This document shows positions 24,053 to 26,524 of a DNA stretch of 26,524 nucleotides, one piece after another. Below the pieces are notes generated by a model, which saw only the letters and a program-made list of their open reading frames with translations, made no database searches and was not told the origin of the DNA. How positions within the stretch are numbered: position 1 is the first letter of the stretch; each line of letters begins with the position of its first letter. The stretch is from a virus (taxonomy: Duplodnaviria > Caudoviricetes), in IMG/VR virus record IMGVR_UViG_3300037721_000101, positions 1 to 26,524 of that record; one strand, written 5' to 3'. Both the position numbers and the translations under genes were made by a program.

Positions 24053-24184
24053 CTACGCCCCGCCACTGACAACGCCGGGGCGCGTCGACAGGCGGTACTC
24101 GTCGACGGGGAAGTCGGCCTCCTCGCCGAGCACGTCCTCGAAGTCGTCGTCCGGCTGCGGTTCGGCCTGCTGCTCGTCACTCAT
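24053..24184 (-). CDS. 43-aa highly acidic peptide MSDEQQAEPQPDDDFEDVLGEEADFPVDEYRLSTRPGVVSGGA
   Basis: strong GC3 bias; CATCCT -10-like box 6 nt upstream; below the ORF-track cutoff. Confidence 0.55.
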   Translation of the reverse strand: MSDEQQAEPQPDDDFEDVLGEEADFPVDEYRLSTRPGVVSGGA

Positions 24185-24204
24185 CGCGCCAGGATGGCAG
24201 ACGG

Positions 24205-24402
24205 CTACGTCTCGCCCGACCACTCCGTCAACGTCGCTCCGGTCTCCTCGTCGACGAGGGTGATGCGGGCGCCCGGCCGGCTGCCGTGCTCGCCGATCCA
24301 GGCGGTCCAGCGTCGGCGGGCGGTCGCCTCACTGGCCCACCAGCCGTGCATCACCAGCTTGCCGTCGCAGGCGAGGGTGAGGTGGAAGCGCTGGTCAGTC
24401 AC
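24205..24402 (-). CDS. small hypothetical protein (65 aa), leaderless
   Basis: RFHLTL..DGKLVMHGWW..EATARRR; TACCCT -10 box 6 nt before GTG. Confidence 0.75.
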   Translation of the reverse strand: MTDQRFHLTLACDGKLVMHGWWASEATARRRWTAWIGEHGSRPGARITLVDEETGATLTEWSGET

Positions 24403-24441
24403 AGGGGCAGGGTAAGCAGGCTCGGACAGGCGCGCGTAATA

Positions 24442-24457
24442 TCGAACAGGTGAACGA
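24442..24457. promoter_or_regulatory. LexA (SOS) box overlapping the start of the DUF6233-like gene
   Basis: TCGAACAGGTGAACGA directly after a TAATAT -10 box. Confidence 0.7.
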
Positions 24458-24788
24458 CCTGCCGCCGGACCTGCCGCGCCTCCGCATCCTGGAGACGTGG
24501 CTCGTGCTCACCCTCGACCGGGTTCGGCAACAGATCACCGATGCGGAACGGCGCGAGCAGGAGCGGCAGCGCGGCGAGCAGGCCCGCCCGCCCGCACCCG
24601 ACTGGCTCCTGGAGATGGGACTCAACCGGGACGCGCCACCGAACATGGTCCACGTCGGCGGCTGCCACATGGCGGGCAAGCGATCCCGGAGCATCGGGCG
24701 CGCGGACGCACTGCGGTGGCTGGCCGAAGGGATCCAGGCCTGTACGCACTGCCGGCCCGACAGCGAGCTCGGGTATCTGGAGGGGTAG
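24450..24788 (+). CDS. DUF6233-like protein
   Basis: LPPDLPRLRILETWL; VHVGGCHM...A..ACTHCRPDSELG. Confidence 0.8.
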   Translation: MNDLPPDLPRLRILETWLVLTLDRVRQQITDAERREQERQRGEQARPPAPDWLLEMGLNRDAPPNMVHVGGCHMAGKRSRSIGRADALRWLAEGIQACTHCRPDSELGYLEG

Positions 24789-24871
24789 CGAACCACATGC
24801 CCAAATCGGCACCAATAGGACTATCCGGGTGGGGGTACTCGCTGCACATCCCCCACAGAACGGAGCACACC

Positions 24872-25153
24872 GTGATCATCAAGAAGATGCACGACATGGG
24901 CATCCGCAGCGAGCACGCCTACACGGCCGGCCTGGTATCCATCGGCCTGTCCGTCTTCACCTGGGCCACCAGCCTCAAAGCAGAGCCCGGGGCCTACGCA
25001 GACCTCGCCCGCGCCGACCGATGGGGCATCTTCGTTGGCGAATGGGCCCCCACCTTCTTCGGCCTCGGACTCGCCCTCTCCCACTACGAGCAGCAGGACG
25101 GCACCCTCACCGCCAGCGTCCACGAACTCCACGAGCACAAGGCCGCCAGCTGA
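24872..25153 (+). CDS. small two-TM membrane protein (93 aa)
   Basis: GGAG RBS; ADRWGIFVGEWAPTFFGLGLAL. Confidence 0.8.
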   Translation: MIIKKMHDMGIRSEHAYTAGLVSIGLSVFTWATSLKAEPGAYADLARADRWGIFVGEWAPTFFGLGLALSHYEQQDGTLTASVHELHEHKAAS

Positions 25154-25167
25154 GCCACACTCGTGAC

Positions 25168-25195
25168 AGCCCGCCTCTGGAACAAGGGGCGGGCT
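25168..25195 (+). terminator. intrinsic terminator
   Basis: agcccgcctct/aggggcgggct stem followed by TCTT. Confidence 0.65.
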
Positions 25196-25389
25196 TCTTG
25201 CAGGCAGCCGCATGCCTCCCGTGGGGAGCCGGGAGGCGCGGCGGGCCCTCCGTCTTCAGGGGACAGCAGGGCCCGAGAGGGGGATTCCACCCGGGGGTGG
25301 AGCGGGATCCCGTGCGCCAACGATGCACCACAAATCAGCCAGCGGGATAGATCGCGGCCGGAAGTATTCGGGCCGAACTTTCGAGCGGA

Positions 25390-25590
25390 TCAGATGCAGC
25401 CGCGCTGCACCACGAACAGGGTGGCCCGGCCCGGGACGAAGCGCTGCGGCTCCTCTTGCGGCGGGAGCGTGAAGCGCGCACCGCAGACGCAGGTGACGCG
25501 GGTCCGTCCGGTGGGCAGGTAGACGACCTCATCGGAAGGGTGGACGGCCGGACGAAGGTCCGGGGCGAAGGTGTAGCTATGAGCGGTCAT
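25390..25590 (-). CDS. hypothetical protein (66 aa)
   Basis: GATACT -10-like box 6 nt before ATG; TCVCG motif. Confidence 0.55.
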   Translation of the reverse strand: MTAHSYTFAPDLRPAVHPSDEVVYLPTGRTRVTCVCGARFTLPPQEEPQRFVPGRATLFVVQRGCI

Positions 25591-25689
25591 GGCCGCAGTA
25601 TCGAGGCGGCCTCGTGAAGATCATTCCGGGGCGCAGGCGGCGTGCCGTCCCCTTCTTCGTCTGCTTGCCGCAGACCCGAGCAGCGGCGG

Positions 25690-26259
25690 TCATGGGCGCT
25701 CCAGGTGCCGGTAGATGGTGGGGCGGCTGACGCCGAACTCGTCGGCGATCTGCTGGACGGTGTACTTACGCTTGCCGTCACCGCCGGTCTCGTCGTACAT
25801 CTGCTGGGCCAGCTTGATCTGGCGAGATCGGAGCTTCGGCTTCTGCCCGCCTGTGCGCCCGCGGGCGCGGGCGGCTTCGAGTCCCTGCTTGGTGCGCTCG
25901 ACCATGAGGGAGTGCTCGAACTCGGCGACGGCGCCGAGGATGTGGAAGAACATCTGGCCGACGGGGGTCGAGGTGTCGATGCCTTGGTCCAGGACGACGA
26001 GCTGGACGCCGCGCGCTCGCAGGTCGTCGCCGATGTCCATGAGGTTGCGGAGCGAGCGCCCGAGCCGGTCAAGCTTGGTGATGACGAGATGGTCGCCCTC
26101 GCGGACGGCGACGAGCGCCTTGTCGAGTTCGGGCCGCGAGGCGAGCTTCCCGCTGAGCTTGTCGACGAAAATCTGGTCGCACTTCGCTTCGGTGAGGGCG
26201 TCGCGCTGGGCTTCGGGGTGTTGGTCGGAGGTGGACACGCGTCCATAGCCGATTCGCAT
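25690..26259 (-). CDS. serine resolvase/invertase (small serine recombinase)
   Basis: IGYGRVST.DQ, DKLSG, KLDRLGRS, C-terminal HTH IADEFGVSRPTIYRHL. Confidence 0.95.
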   Translation of the reverse strand: MRIGYGRVSTSDQHPEAQRDALTEAKCDQIFVDKLSGKLASRPELDKALVAVREGDHLVITKLDRLGRSLRNLMDIGDDLRARGVQLVVLDQGIDTSTPVGQMFFHILGAVAEFEHSLMVERTKQGLEAARARGRTGGQKPKLRSRQIKLAQQMYDETGGDGKRKYTVQQIADEFGVSRPTIYRHLERP

Positions 26260-26264
26260 GGCTC

Positions 26265-26390
26265 AGTGTATCGAGAAGGGGGGAGATCGTTACATAGGCG
26301 CGGACACGGGTTCTGTAACAACAGTCATGCAGGGCGCGCAAGTTCGACCGCAGCGAGTCACAGACGTTCGTTCGCGGACACGCGATACGA
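26265..26390. promoter_or_regulatory. putative res site and resolvase promoter
   Basis: TACACT -10 box on the minus strand; CGCGGACACG at 26299 and 26373; GTTACA/TGTAAC inverted pair at 26289/26314. Confidence 0.55.
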
Positions 26391-26436
26391 CCTGGCACAT
26401 GTGCGCTCAGACTGGTTCGTTTCTACGCTCGACGCC

Positions 26437-26524
26437 ATGAACGAATACAACGGCGCGGCCGTCCTCCTCATCGACGATGGCCGCCAGTTCGAAACCACCG
26501 CAGACCTCACGAAGGACTCGTCGG
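26437..26524 (+). CDS. hypothetical protein, 5' part only (MNEYNGAAVLLIDDGRQFETTADL...)
   Basis: TACGCT -10 box 7 nt before ATG; open to the window end. Confidence 0.55.
   Translation, partial: MNEYNGAAVLLIDDGRQFETTADLTKDSS

Noticed and set aside
24813-24838. SigB-type promoter (GGGTAC) before the membrane protein gene
   Set aside because: The -10 element matches but there is no convincing -35 at the proper spacing

Overview
High-GC actinobacterial, very probably Streptomyces, temperate phage or phage-like element; no host housekeeping genes are present. Layout: (1) 1-2690, a plasmid/AICE-like KorSA/TraR-type GntR regulator divergent from a leftward operon that runs off the window, plus a GIY-YIG/T5orf172 gene. 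(2) 2695-19098, a tightly coupled minus-strand early operon: Cro-like HTH, excisionase, RecE-like exonuclease with a putative annealing protein, multi-HTH proteins, replication initiator with internal iteron-like repeats, DnaC-like loader, DnaB helicase and many small genes. (3) 19344-21706, repressor, an internally duplicated 146-aa protein and a tyrosine integrase. (4) 21714-22080, an apparently intact attP: identical 18-bp arm repeats flank a copy of the last 33 codons of a host PL11 (YesW/YesX-type) rhamnogalacturonan lyase gene, which predicts the integration target. (5) 22122-26524, an accessory block of small, mostly leaderless genes with two LexA boxes, a TTA-containing XRE gene, a second GntR and a serine resolvase with a res-like region. 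No structural or lysis genes, tRNA or CRISPR array were seen. Family names come from motif recognition by eye, not from database searches.
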